Origin: a virus | Taxonomy: Duplodnaviria; Caudoviricetes | Reading direction: 5' to 3' (one strand) | IMG/VR virus record: IMGVR_UViG_3300032884_000028 | Location: 1-39,664 of that record | DNA: 39,664 nt | Part shown: in pieces, positions 1-8,168 of the stretch | Position numbering within the stretch: the stretch's first letter is position 1 | How the letters are laid out: each line of letters starts with the position of its first letter | Position numbers and translations under genes: made by a program | The notes under the pieces: model-generated | The model's database searches: none | Seen by the model: only the letters and a program-made list of their open reading frames with translations | What the model was told of the DNA's origin: nothing

Positions 1-2
1 GA

Positions 3-1034
3 TTTCTTAAGCTATTTGCCTGTATGCAGGCATCAGGAGAGATATTAGTTGAAGTTGATCATGATGATGAACTTACTCCTGACTGCTTAGAAGAACTTAA
101 TAAGGCATTTGATAGTGAAACTGACTTTGCCTATTCCAACTTTTGTAATGTCAGAGAAGATGGATTACCAATGCGTTATGATGAGGGACATGGTTGGCAA
201 TATCGTCCTTTTACATTGGATGGCAAGACTTACGAAGAGGTACTCTCTTTTAAACCCGATCCTGCTTCAGTCGGTTATATATGGTATTGTGGAAATCACA
301 TACGCGCTTGGAGGAAGTCTCACTACTTTTCTATAGGAGGACATAATCCTACGCTCGACGTTCTTGATGACCATGATCTAATCTGTCGGTCTTATATATA
401 TGGCAACATGAAGCATCTGGATAAATGTTTATATCTATACCACGTACATTCTGAAAACACGTGCTACAGCGAAAAGAACGCAAGGATCCAGGTAGAAACT
501 GTACAACTTTATAGAAAATATATATTTGATCTGTGTGCTAAATGGTCAGACTTAAACGGATTACTTAAGATCGATTTATGTGGTGGTATAGACAAACCAA
601 ATGGATGGACATCTATAGATATTCGTAATGGGGATATCAACTGCGATCTTGATGGACCATGGGACATAAAATCAGGGTCTGTAGGAGTGTTTCGTGCGTA
701 TAATGCGTTGGAGCATTTAAAAAATCCTATACACACCATGGAAGAGATTTATAGATGTCTTGCACCTAATGGTTACGTACTTTCCTTTACTCCTTCGACC
801 GACTCAAGAGCAGCCTGGCAGGATCCGACGCATGTTAGTTATTGGAATAGAAATAGTTTCTTTTATTGGTGCAGAGCCTCTCATGCAAAATATATAAATA
901 CTCAAGCGAGATTCAAAGAAATGTTGGTAGAAGATGTACAGTATGAGGGTTTCGATAGAATAAATAAAATTAGTTTTGTTCGGGCAGATTTACAAAAGTT
1001 TGATGGGAGAGTACCAGGCAAGGTATATTTTTAA
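3..1034 (+). CDS. GT2-family glycosyltransferase fused to a C-terminal SAM-dependent methyltransferase (5'-truncated)
   Basis: Frame is open to the window edge (FLKLFAC-MQASGEILVEVDHDD); DxDD motif, 'DDHDL..R', 'LYLYHVH.ENT'; C-terminal 'IDLCGG...DLD...ALEHL...EIYRCLAPNG...AWQDPTH' typical of class I methyltransferases. Confidence 0.85.
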   Translation, partial: FLKLFACMQASGEILVEVDHDDELTPDCLEELNKAFDSETDFAYSNFCNVREDGLPMRYDEGHGWQYRPFTLDGKTYEEVLSFKPDPASVGYIWYCGNHIRAWRKSHYFSIGGHNPTLDVLDDHDLICRSYIYGNMKHLDKCLYLYHVHSENTCYSEKNARIQVETVQLYRKYIFDLCAKWSDLNGLLKIDLCGGIDKPNGWTSIDIRNGDINCDLDGPWDIKSGSVGVFRAYNALEHLKNPIHTMEEIYRCLAPNGYVLSFTPSTDSRAAWQDPTHVSYWNRNSFFYWCRASHAKYINTQARFKEMLVEDVQYEGFDRINKISFVRADLQKFDGRVPGKVYF

Positions 1035-1037
1035 AAT

Positions 1038-1505
1038 ATGAAATCTAGGAATGCTCGTAATTATATACATGGTATGCGTCATACTAAGGTGTACAAAACT
1101 TGGTGTCATGTAAAAAGCCGTTGTTATTGTGTAACAGACCATAAGTATTCTATTTATGGCGGGAGGGGTATACGTATGTATTCTATATGGAAAAATTCTT
1201 TCCAAGAATTCTATACATATATTGGAGATCCTCCTTCGCCTAAACACTCTATTGATCGCATAGATAATAATGGAGACTATATTCCTGGAAATATTAGATG
1301 GGCCACTGTAGAAGAACAGGCCAGGAACAAGCGTAGCAATTTATACGTTGTATTATGGGGTACTAAATATTGTCTAAAGCAGGCGTGTGCTATAGTTCAA
1401 TTAGATTACAAGCATGTTTGGTATATACATAAACGTGATAAAGTAGATCCAGAGACAGCTTTTGCTACAGCACTTATAGAATGCAAAGGTGGAATAGAGA
1501 ATTAA
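1038..1505 (+). CDS. Phage HNH-type (homing) endonuclease
   Basis: 'HGM..T..Y.TW...KSRC...YGGRGI...W..SF..F...G..P...HSIDRIDNNGDY.PGNIRWAT..EQARNKR' signature. Confidence 0.85.
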   Translation: MKSRNARNYIHGMRHTKVYKTWCHVKSRCYCVTDHKYSIYGGRGIRMYSIWKNSFQEFYTYIGDPPSPKHSIDRIDNNGDYIPGNIRWATVEEQARNKRSNLYVVLWGTKYCLKQACAIVQLDYKHVWYIHKRDKVDPETAFATALIECKGGIEN

Positions 1506-1526
1506 TTTAACCACCTATAAATAGTA

Positions 1527-1697
1527 CTAAGAAAAAAGATGAAAAATCTGTGTGATTAGCGCTAGAACAGCACCTACTGCAGTTACATAAGGTATAGCAG
1601 GAGGAGGTACTAAACCGCTCCCTACAATTCCTGCGACACTTGCAGCAATAGTTGCACTTGAACCAGCGATACCAGCAGCTTTTGTTTTTGTAATCAT
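1527..1697 (-). CDS. Small two-TM membrane protein, 56 aa (holin- or exclusion-like); alternative start 1703
   Basis: Manual translation MITKTKAAGIAGSSATIAASVAGIVGSGLVPPPAIPYVTAVGAVLALITQIFHLFS*; below the track's length cutoff; fills the HNH-polA gap; upstream motif at 1732-1761. Confidence 0.7.
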   Translation of the reverse strand: MITKTKAAGIAGSSATIAASVAGIVGSGLVPPPAIPYVTAVGAVLALITQIFHLFS

Positions 1698-1731
1698 GAA
1701 CATTATTATAAATTAAAGTCATATGACGGTC

Positions 1732-1761
1732 ATCATGCTATTTTTGTTGCTATTTTGTAAA
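1732..1761 (-). promoter_or_regulatory. Putative promoter TTTACA-N17-GCATGAT
   Basis: One of four copies of the same bipartite motif in minus-strand intergenic gaps. Confidence 0.5.
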
Positions 1762-1775
1762 GCATAAGATATACA
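1747..1775 (+). promoter_or_regulatory. Possible sigma70-like promoter TTGCTA-N17-TATACA for polA (possibly leaderless)
   Basis: Hexamers 17 nt apart; ATG lies 6 nt after the -10-like box; no SD present. Confidence 0.3.
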
Positions 1776-1781
1776 GCTACT

Positions 1782-3659
1782 ATGAAAGTATTCAATAGTA
1801 AGTTTGCTGACTTTAAATTTCGAACTGTTTACATAACAGATAATGAAGAAGCTGAGGAACTTATAACTACTGAGATGTTAGGGCATTCTTTATACGGTTT
1901 AGATACTGAAGGATCTAAGAAGCTTGAGTTTAAAGATCATGAGCAAGCAGGATTAGACCCATACCTAACCGACATACGACTGATACAAATTTACTGCGGT
2001 AACACCTGCTACGTATTCGATCTTAAGCACGTAGATATCTCGGTACTTAAATTTTTATTCTACGCGGGTAGGTTCGTTGCGCATTTTGGGATGTATGAAG
2101 TGAAAATGCTTACCCACGCAGGATACCCTAACATGAATGTAGGGTGCTCACTTTTAATGTCTAGACTTATTGATTGTGCGGAGTTTTCAAAATATGAACC
2201 TGAAGAAGAAATCGATGACAGTGAGGATCAAACAGGTCTATCTCGCTACCGTGCTAAAAGCCATTCACTTGATGCAGTTGTTCAGAGGCTATTTGGTGTA
2301 AAAGTAGATAAGATGCAGCAGACTTCTGATTGGTCTGCTGAGGTACTTTCAGAAGAGCAAATTCTTTATGCCTCCTTAGACTCTGTTCTTACTTACCACG
2401 TAGCTAAAAAGCTAGAGGTTAAGATAAAAGAATACAAGATGGGAAAATACTATCAGTTGATTAAAGACATTCAACACGTAGTAGCTTCAATGGAACTTGC
2501 AGGACTTCCTGTGGATTGGGAGTACCACGCAGAATTAATGAAGAAGTGGAAAGTTAATAGTGAAAAATCCTTAGAGGTTTGTAAGCCATTTTTTGGCGAC
2601 GTTAATATGCGTAGTGGAAAGCAGATGTCTCAATGGTTGGTTGCGTATTTAAAGGATGACCCTAAAACCCTAGCCGCATGGCCTAAAACTGATAAAGGTA
2701 GTCACGCGTTCGGAAGACCAGTGCTTGGGGATTTTAACCATCTTCCTCCAATAGCAGCGTTACTAGAGTATAAGAAATGGAGTAAGCTTTTAGATACCTA
2801 CGGTGAGTCGTTAGTAGAAAAGAAACATCCTGTGACTGGTAGACTTCATACATCGTACACACTAGCTCAAACTGCTACAGGAAGATTCTCCTCTCGTAAT
2901 CCAAACGTGCAAAACATGCCACGAGATAAAGAATTCAGGAATATGTTTAAAGCTCCTGAAGGTCACGTACTAGTTGTTAGTGACTTCTCACAGATTGAGC
3001 TACGCCTGCAGGCAGAATTCTCTCAAGATCCAACAATGCTTGGATGGTACAAAAATAAACAAGATGCATATAAGAGTATGGCATCTTCCTTATTTAGAGT
3101 ACCAGTTGCTAGTATTACTAAAGAGCAACGTTTCGTAGGTAAAGTAATGCTCCTAGCCTTGGGATATGGCATGGGGTACACAAAACTCGGTACCTATTCA
3201 AAAAATGCAGGAGTAAAACATCCTGATAAGTTTTGGGCAGCAGCTCATCAAAGATATCATGAAACAGTTAGTACCTATTCGGACTGGTGTTATTTGATGA
3301 GAGATAGAGCAACTGATCTAGGTTATATAGAAACCCTGCTAGGTAAGAGAAGAAAGCTAGGGGAGAAGGAAGTATTTACTGGTGCCCCCAACACGATTAT
3401 ACAGGGCACAGCTAGCGAGTTAATGATGAAAGCCCTACTAATATGCCAAGGAAAAGTCAAGGATTTAGGCACTATTGTAGCAACCGTTCACGATGAAATC
3501 CTTATATGTACACCTGTGGCTTTATCTGATAAAGTTGCTGAGCTATTAGCGGATAGCATGAATCAAGCTATGGTGGAATTGTTTCCACATGCTGCAGATC
3601 ATCACGTGGCTGACGCCGCTTTTGGTAGCAGATGGGGTGATGCTAAATCGGAATTATAA
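1782..3659 (+). CDS. polA: DNA polymerase family A with 3'-5' exonuclease domain
   Basis: ExoI 'GLDTEG', ExoIII 'YASLD', 'TATGRFSSRNPNVQNMP', motif A 'SDFSQIELR', motif B 'RFVGKVMLLALGYG', motif C 'VHDEI'. Confidence 0.97.
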   Translation: MKVFNSKFADFKFRTVYITDNEEAEELITTEMLGHSLYGLDTEGSKKLEFKDHEQAGLDPYLTDIRLIQIYCGNTCYVFDLKHVDISVLKFLFYAGRFVAHFGMYEVKMLTHAGYPNMNVGCSLLMSRLIDCAEFSKYEPEEEIDDSEDQTGLSRYRAKSHSLDAVVQRLFGVKVDKMQQTSDWSAEVLSEEQILYASLDSVLTYHVAKKLEVKIKEYKMGKYYQLIKDIQHVVASMELAGLPVDWEYHAELMKKWKVNSEKSLEVCKPFFGDVNMRSGKQMSQWLVAYLKDDPKTLAAWPKTDKGSHAFGRPVLGDFNHLPPIAALLEYKKWSKLLDTYGESLVEKKHPVTGRLHTSYTLAQTATGRFSSRNPNVQNMPRDKEFRNMFKAPEGHVLVVSDFSQIELRLQAEFSQDPTMLGWYKNKQDAYKSMASSLFRVPVASITKEQRFVGKVMLLALGYGMGYTKLGTYSKNAGVKHPDKFWAAAHQRYHETVSTYSDWCYLMRDRATDLGYIETLLGKRRKLGEKEVFTGAPNTIIQGTASELMMKALLICQGKVKDLGTIVATVHDEILICTPVALSDKVAELLADSMNQAMVELFPHAADHHVADAAFGSRWGDAKSEL

Positions 3660-3661
3660 TT

Positions 3662-3913
3662 ATGACAGAAGAAAGAACAGATGCAGGGATACAATATTAT
3701 CAATTACCTTTGATGATAGAACAACTTCAAAAGGAAGTTAAACTTATCCCACAGGATCAAATTCAAGCTCTTAACTGCATTAACGTGCTGCTTAAGATCA
3801 TGAATGGTTATGCAGTTTGGACAAGTGATCTTAAAAAAGAACTTAATAAGCTCCATGAATTAAACAAAAATCAAGCAGAGATGATCCGTAATAAACAGAG
3901 TTTACTAGTATGA
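3662..3913 (+). CDS. Hypothetical helical protein
   Basis: Starts 2 nt after the polA stop; ATGA overlap with the next ORF. Confidence 0.7.
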   Translation: MTEERTDAGIQYYQLPLMIEQLQKEVKLIPQDQIQALNCINVLLKIMNGYAVWTSDLKKELNKLHELNKNQAEMIRNKQSLLV

Positions 3914-4281
3914 TAGACTATAAAGAGATGTATAAGGAATCTCACATGAGATCTCTTTATGTCGTCGCAATGAAGTCCTATGGGTCTTTAAACAAGTTGT
4001 GTATAGATGTCGGTATAAAGCGACAATATGTAACGCAGTGCCGAAAGAAAGGTATTCCACTAGACTACGCAGGATACTTAGGCAGGAAGTTTAATATATC
4101 TCCTGCGGTATTTTGCTATGAAACCTCTCTGATGATGTCAACTAAAGTAATTTCTTATAATGATATATTGAAAGGGGAATCTTATTTTACTCTTGAAGAA
4201 AAGAAATACATTCTAGCCGGTGCTCACATTAGAGATGCAAAGTCCTGGATAAAATTAAAAGATGAATCTGTTAGATTATGA
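3910..4281 (+). CDS. Putative Cro/HTH-like DNA-binding protein
   Basis: 'YGSLNKLCIDVGIKRQYVTQCRKKGIP' resembles a Cro-type helix-turn-helix; ATGA-coupled. Confidence 0.5.
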   Translation: MIDYKEMYKESHMRSLYVVAMKSYGSLNKLCIDVGIKRQYVTQCRKKGIPLDYAGYLGRKFNISPAVFCYETSLMMSTKVISYNDILKGESYFTLEEKKYILAGAHIRDAKSWIKLKDESVRL

Positions 4282-5027
4282 GATATTTAAGTGCCTGCGC
4301 TATTTTAAGAGATGAAGCATTGTATATCGCTGAGTGGATTGAGTTTCACTTAAGTCAAGGCGTAGAGCACTTTTACCTATATAACAACGAGAGCAAAGAC
4401 AATATCAAAGAGGTATTGCTGCCTTACAAAGACATTATTACCTGGCATGAACTAGTAGGTTTTAAGCAGCAAAAAGTTGCTTATAACCACTGCATTGATA
4501 ATTACACCAATGCTACTGAGTGGTGTATGTTTCTTGATATTGATGAATTTATATTCTGCACTAACAAGGTTCCATTTGCTAAGGTTCTTAAAAAAGATTA
4601 CGACCTTGAAGGTATTTCTGGTTTAGTAGTGCACTGGATTTTGTACGGCTCAGGAGGAGAATTAGAATACCAACCTGTTCCAGTTCGGAACCGGTTCATA
4701 ATGCGTAATACTTTGGTCAATCCTCATGTTAAATCAATCATGAGAATGCAGGATACTGTATGTATGGGGAACGACCCACATTCCTTTAGACACCGTGGAA
4801 TCGTGGTAAATGAGCTAATGAATGAGATGCCGTTAGAGTACGCAATTCATTACCCACCAACTGCAGATAAAATCCGTATTAACCATTACTACTGTAAAAG
4901 CAAAGCTGAACATAGAAAGAGAAAGACCAATCCTGATGCAAATTCAGGAGTATTTAAAGATATAGATACTCAGTTTGCTGCCCATGACGTAAATGATATA
5001 GAAGACAAGAGTATTTTATGCCTCTAA
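4278..5027 (+). CDS. Glycosyltransferase, GT92/DUF23 (Glyco_tranf_2_4)-like
   Basis: 'LSACAILRDEALYIAEWIEFH...GVEHFYLYNNES.D', 'W..FLDIDEFI', 'KSI', 'INHYYCKS'. Confidence 0.88.
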   Translation: MRYLSACAILRDEALYIAEWIEFHLSQGVEHFYLYNNESKDNIKEVLLPYKDIITWHELVGFKQQKVAYNHCIDNYTNATEWCMFLDIDEFIFCTNKVPFAKVLKKDYDLEGISGLVVHWILYGSGGELEYQPVPVRNRFIMRNTLVNPHVKSIMRMQDTVCMGNDPHSFRHRGIVVNELMNEMPLEYAIHYPPTADKIRINHYYCKSKAEHRKRKTNPDANSGVFKDIDTQFAAHDVNDIEDKSILCL

Positions 5028-5719
5028 TAACTTTGCTGACACCTACTGGCTGGAGAAAAAAAGCTTTTTCACTAACTGAGTCTTATGTAAAAAGACAGAC
5101 CTATAAAGGTGACATACAGTGGCTTGTTTCGTCAGATGACAAGTTAGATGATCCAACTCCTTGCACTATGGGACAAGAATATTACCCCTGTCCTTTGACT
5201 TGGAAACTTGGAATTAATACTCAGAGATATCAATTTGCTAATCTCATTCCACACATTAAGGGAGAATACGTGTTCGTATGGGAAGATGATGATCTGTATA
5301 AGCCACAATACCTAGAAATTATGATGGATTTTCTAAAATACGGAGATGTAGTAGGAGAGTCTGATGTTACTTATTACAACCTAGCCCGTCGTGGATTTAA
5401 GGAAATGAATAACCATAGACACGCTAGTCTATGTCAAACAGGCTTTAAACGCTCTTACCTGCCTCATTTTGAAAATGCTGTACACTCAGGTCAAGTCTTT
5501 TTTGATTTATCCCTGTGGGGTAATGCCAGAGCTAAAGGTCATAAATCCTTACTATTTTCAGGTATGAATCTGTTAGTAGGTCTAAAAGGTATCGAGCGTA
5601 GTGGAATCGGCTTTGGTCACACGGCTAGTAATGAGGAGTTTACGGCTGACCCAAATTTTATTAAACTTAAACAGCTTCTTGGAATCGATGCCAACCCTTA
5701 TATAGAGATGTTTAAATGA
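5018..5719 (+). CDS. GT-A fold (GT2-like) glycosyltransferase
   Basis: N-terminal 'ITLLTPTG.R', 'WLVSSDD', 'VFVWEDDDLY.PQYL' DxD motif. Confidence 0.75.
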   Translation: MPLITLLTPTGWRKKAFSLTESYVKRQTYKGDIQWLVSSDDKLDDPTPCTMGQEYYPCPLTWKLGINTQRYQFANLIPHIKGEYVFVWEDDDLYKPQYLEIMMDFLKYGDVVGESDVTYYNLARRGFKEMNNHRHASLCQTGFKRSYLPHFENAVHSGQVFFDLSLWGNARAKGHKSLLFSGMNLLVGLKGIERSGIGFGHTASNEEFTADPNFIKLKQLLGIDANPYIEMFK

Positions 5720-6420
5720 TTCTTTGGGCCTTACTAGCACTACTCCTTTCTACCTCGTCACAGAAAGGATTAGATGTCTTAGCCCTAGCAAGAACTGATC
5801 CAACTATACTGATTGATAACGTCGATAATAATTACGCTATAGGTGTACTCGATGTTAGTTTTGGTGATCCATATCCAAATCTTAAACTGCTTTTAGATTC
5901 AAAAAAATTTACCTCTGTACGAATGCACTTACTTAATGGCACAGCTAATAACCACAGGTGTGTTTGGCCTGTTAATGGAACTACTGAGTTATTAAAACGA
6001 GCTAAAAAACTAAAATCTTTTGCAGATAATTATCCAGATATAAAATGGTATGTATCTCCTGTTTTGGAATCAGGATGTATTAGTAAACCATTAATTAATT
6101 CTTGGTTTGATACACTCAGAAAAGTTTCTAAAACATTTATTCCAGTATGCTCAAGTATTGTTGGTAATTGTCCACGTAACGTGCTAATAGAGATTCACGG
6201 TAATGATAAAGTTGTTGCAGACATAAGATCTAATGATGGAAATTCCATATTAGATGCAGATATGTTTTATTATAATCGTAGTGCAAGAAAAATTCGTTTC
6301 GGTTGGATTCCTTGTATGAATGGTAGAAAGCCTGGGCAAATAAATCCCCCTCTATCAGGAAGACAAAATTGGTGCAAGGAAGCGGATATTAAACAAGTTG
6401 TTAAACTATTAAGGAAATAA
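5716..6420 (+). CDS. Putative exported protein with signal peptide
   Basis: N-terminal hydrophobic 'MILWALLALLLSTSS'; six Cys; alpha/beta pattern; function unknown. Confidence 0.65.
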   Translation: MILWALLALLLSTSSQKGLDVLALARTDPTILIDNVDNNYAIGVLDVSFGDPYPNLKLLLDSKKFTSVRMHLLNGTANNHRCVWPVNGTTELLKRAKKLKSFADNYPDIKWYVSPVLESGCISKPLINSWFDTLRKVSKTFIPVCSSIVGNCPRNVLIEIHGNDKVVADIRSNDGNSILDADMFYYNRSARKIRFGWIPCMNGRKPGQINPPLSGRQNWCKEADIKQVVKLLRK

Positions 6421-6663
6421 ATGAAAGAGAAATTGTTGGAACTTAAAGCCAAAGGTGAAGAGATTACAAAAGAGATGCAGGTTGTTCATGCTGAGTTTGT
6501 AGCTAAGATTACTGTTATTACTAAAGAGATTGAAGATCTTGGTTATAAGAGTGTCATTCAGCAAGATGGAAGTATTTTTATTTACAAAGATACGCGCGAA
6601 TCTATCGGAGAACTTTACGCTGCTCCAGCGCCTAAACAAGCTTGCACATTAAGTGATTGCTAA
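6421..6663 (+). CDS. Hypothetical protein with N-terminal coiled coil
   Basis: ATG directly follows the upstream stop codon. Confidence 0.7.
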   Translation: MKEKLLELKAKGEEITKEMQVVHAEFVAKITVITKEIEDLGYKSVIQQDGSIFIYKDTRESIGELYAAPAPKQACTLSDC

Positions 6664-6666
6664 TCC

Positions 6667-7179
6667 ATGATGTACTTAGGAATTGATCCAGGTGCCTCGT
6701 CGGGCCTGGCAATTATAACTGCGCCAGATAATGTTATCGCAATATCCTGCAAAGATAACATTAAAAAAGCTTACAAAATCTTATCAAATCTTAAATCAAA
6801 CGAAGTTATAATAGGTATAGAAGCTGTTCACGCAATCTACGGCTCTTCAGCTTCGAGCACCTTCGTTTTTGGTATGAACAAAGGTAGATGGATAGGAATC
6901 CTGGAGTATTTAGGACTGCCTTACCAAGAGATAAACATTCAGGATTGGCAAAACACTATGACTGACAGTCCGGAGCGACCGAGCAAAAAAGGTCTATTAC
7001 CTAAAGAGATTGCTAAAGCTAAGAAACTTCATAAAGAAACACTAAAGGCAGAAAGTTACAGAAGTGCCACTCTTGCATTTCCATCCTGCAGGATAACTTC
7101 TCATGATTGTGCCGATGCTATTAATATCGCAAGATATCTAAAGTATTGCCATGAAGGTAATAAAAAGGAGTGTCTATGA
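6667..7179 (+). CDS. ruvC: RuvC-like Holliday junction resolvase
   Basis: 'YLGIDPG..SGLA', 'IEAVH', 'S.FVFG.N.G', 'W', 'ADAINIA'. Confidence 0.85.
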   Translation: MMYLGIDPGASSGLAIITAPDNVIAISCKDNIKKAYKILSNLKSNEVIIGIEAVHAIYGSSASSTFVFGMNKGRWIGILEYLGLPYQEINIQDWQNTMTDSPERPSKKGLLPKEIAKAKKLHKETLKAESYRSATLAFPSCRITSHDCADAINIARYLKYCHEGNKKECL

Positions 7180-7385
7180 AGAAGATGATGGAAACAGAAG
7201 CGGAAGAGAAAGGTGAGATGTGTATGGATGATGAGAGCAAAGAATCTCATACCATGATGACTAAGAGTAAGGTAGCAATGATTGACAAGAATGCACCTGC
7301 TCTATTTGGTCCGATGGCAGGAGAAAAGAAACGACCTAGTATCTTTGTTCCTACTATCCCACCTGGTGATAAACAGGGATTATAG
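7176..7385 (+). CDS. Small Met/Glu/Lys-rich hypothetical protein
   Basis: AAGGAG SD 5 nt before ATG 7176 (ATGA overlap with the resolvase stop); followed by a terminator. Confidence 0.7.
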   Translation: MKKMMETEAEEKGEMCMDDESKESHTMMTKSKVAMIDKNAPALFGPMAGEKKRPSIFVPTIPPGDKQGL

Positions 7386-7391
7386 TTTGGT

Positions 7392-7423
7392 AAGGGTGTG
7401 TAGCAATACATACCCTTTTTTTT
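7392..7423 (+). terminator. Rho-independent terminator
   Basis: AAGGGTGTGTA-GCAA-TACATACCCTT stem (one G-U pair) with GNRA loop, followed by a T8 tract. Confidence 0.8.
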
Positions 7424-7428
7424 ACTTT

Positions 7429-7779
7429 ATGGAAAAATTTACCTCTTGGAACCAGAGCATAGAAGCTCAAGATCGTAGGTGGAGTCCTGCTACATTATGC
7501 ATGGTTTTTATGCTTAATAGAGCGCTAAGGGACTTAGTAGAGGGTGAAAGGCACATTAGAAAGCAGGCCATTAAGTGGCTCTCTAATGAAACCAAGAAGG
7601 GATTACCGAGGTTTATAGCTTATAAAGATGTTATAGAAGTACTAGAGCTAACTGAATCTCGTAGGCAAATCGTTAGAGACAGGATTGAGTACGCTAAGAT
7701 GTTGCTTGAATGTAAGAGTTTAGATCAGATGGATATGCCAAGAAAGCTTCCACCACGTATAAGGATGGGTCAATCATGA
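7429..7779 (+). CDS. Hypothetical protein (likely start MEKFTSW rather than 7282)
   Basis: The longer track ORF overlaps the previous gene and the terminator; ATGA overlap with the next gene. Confidence 0.6.
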   Translation: MEKFTSWNQSIEAQDRRWSPATLCMVFMLNRALRDLVEGERHIRKQAIKWLSNETKKGLPRFIAYKDVIEVLELTESRRQIVRDRIEYAKMLLECKSLDQMDMPRKLPPRIRMGQS

Positions 7780-8168
7780 TAAAACTACATAGACTCCCTG
7801 AATATAGAGGTACTACTCCTGGAGTACTAAGCATTGATGATAAGGCTATTTGTTACTGTATAGAGCGACCATGGCTTAATAATGAGAACAATGTATCGTG
7901 CATCCCTACAGGAACTTACGCATTAGCTAGAACGTTTTCTAATCGTTTTAATAAAGAGATGTGGGAAGTGTTAAGCGTACCAGGACGTGCGGGTATACGA
8001 ATACACACCGCTAATAAGGTAAGTGAGTTACAAGGATGTATTGCACCCTGCAGGATGCTTACCATCGATGTCAACGGTGTATTTGGCGGTAATTCTCGTG
8101 ACGCAATGGCTCAGTTAGAAGAGTATTTAGAGAAGTATAAGCAGATTACCGTAATATCTCATTCTTAA
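7776..8168 (+). CDS. DUF5675-family protein (candidate peptidoglycan-active/lysis enzyme)
   Basis: 'T.G.L.ID....CY.IE.PW..N....SCIP.G.Y......S.RF......VPGR.GIRIH..N...ELQGCI' pattern. Confidence 0.8.
   Translation: MIKLHRLPEYRGTTPGVLSIDDKAICYCIERPWLNNENNVSCIPTGTYALARTFSNRFNKEMWEVLSVPGRAGIRIHTANKVSELQGCIAPCRMLTIDVNGVFGGNSRDAMAQLEEYLEKYKQITVISHS

Noticed and set aside
1507-1722. 71-aa Cys-rich ORF resembling a metallothionein or RiPP precursor
   Set aside because: Its Cys codons arise as the shifted reading of Ala/Val/Gly codons in the overlapping 1527-1697 frame, which gives a coherent membrane protein
7282-7428. N-terminal extension of the 165-aa ORF
   Set aside because: Overlaps the upstream gene and crosses a terminator; ATG 7429 is more plausible
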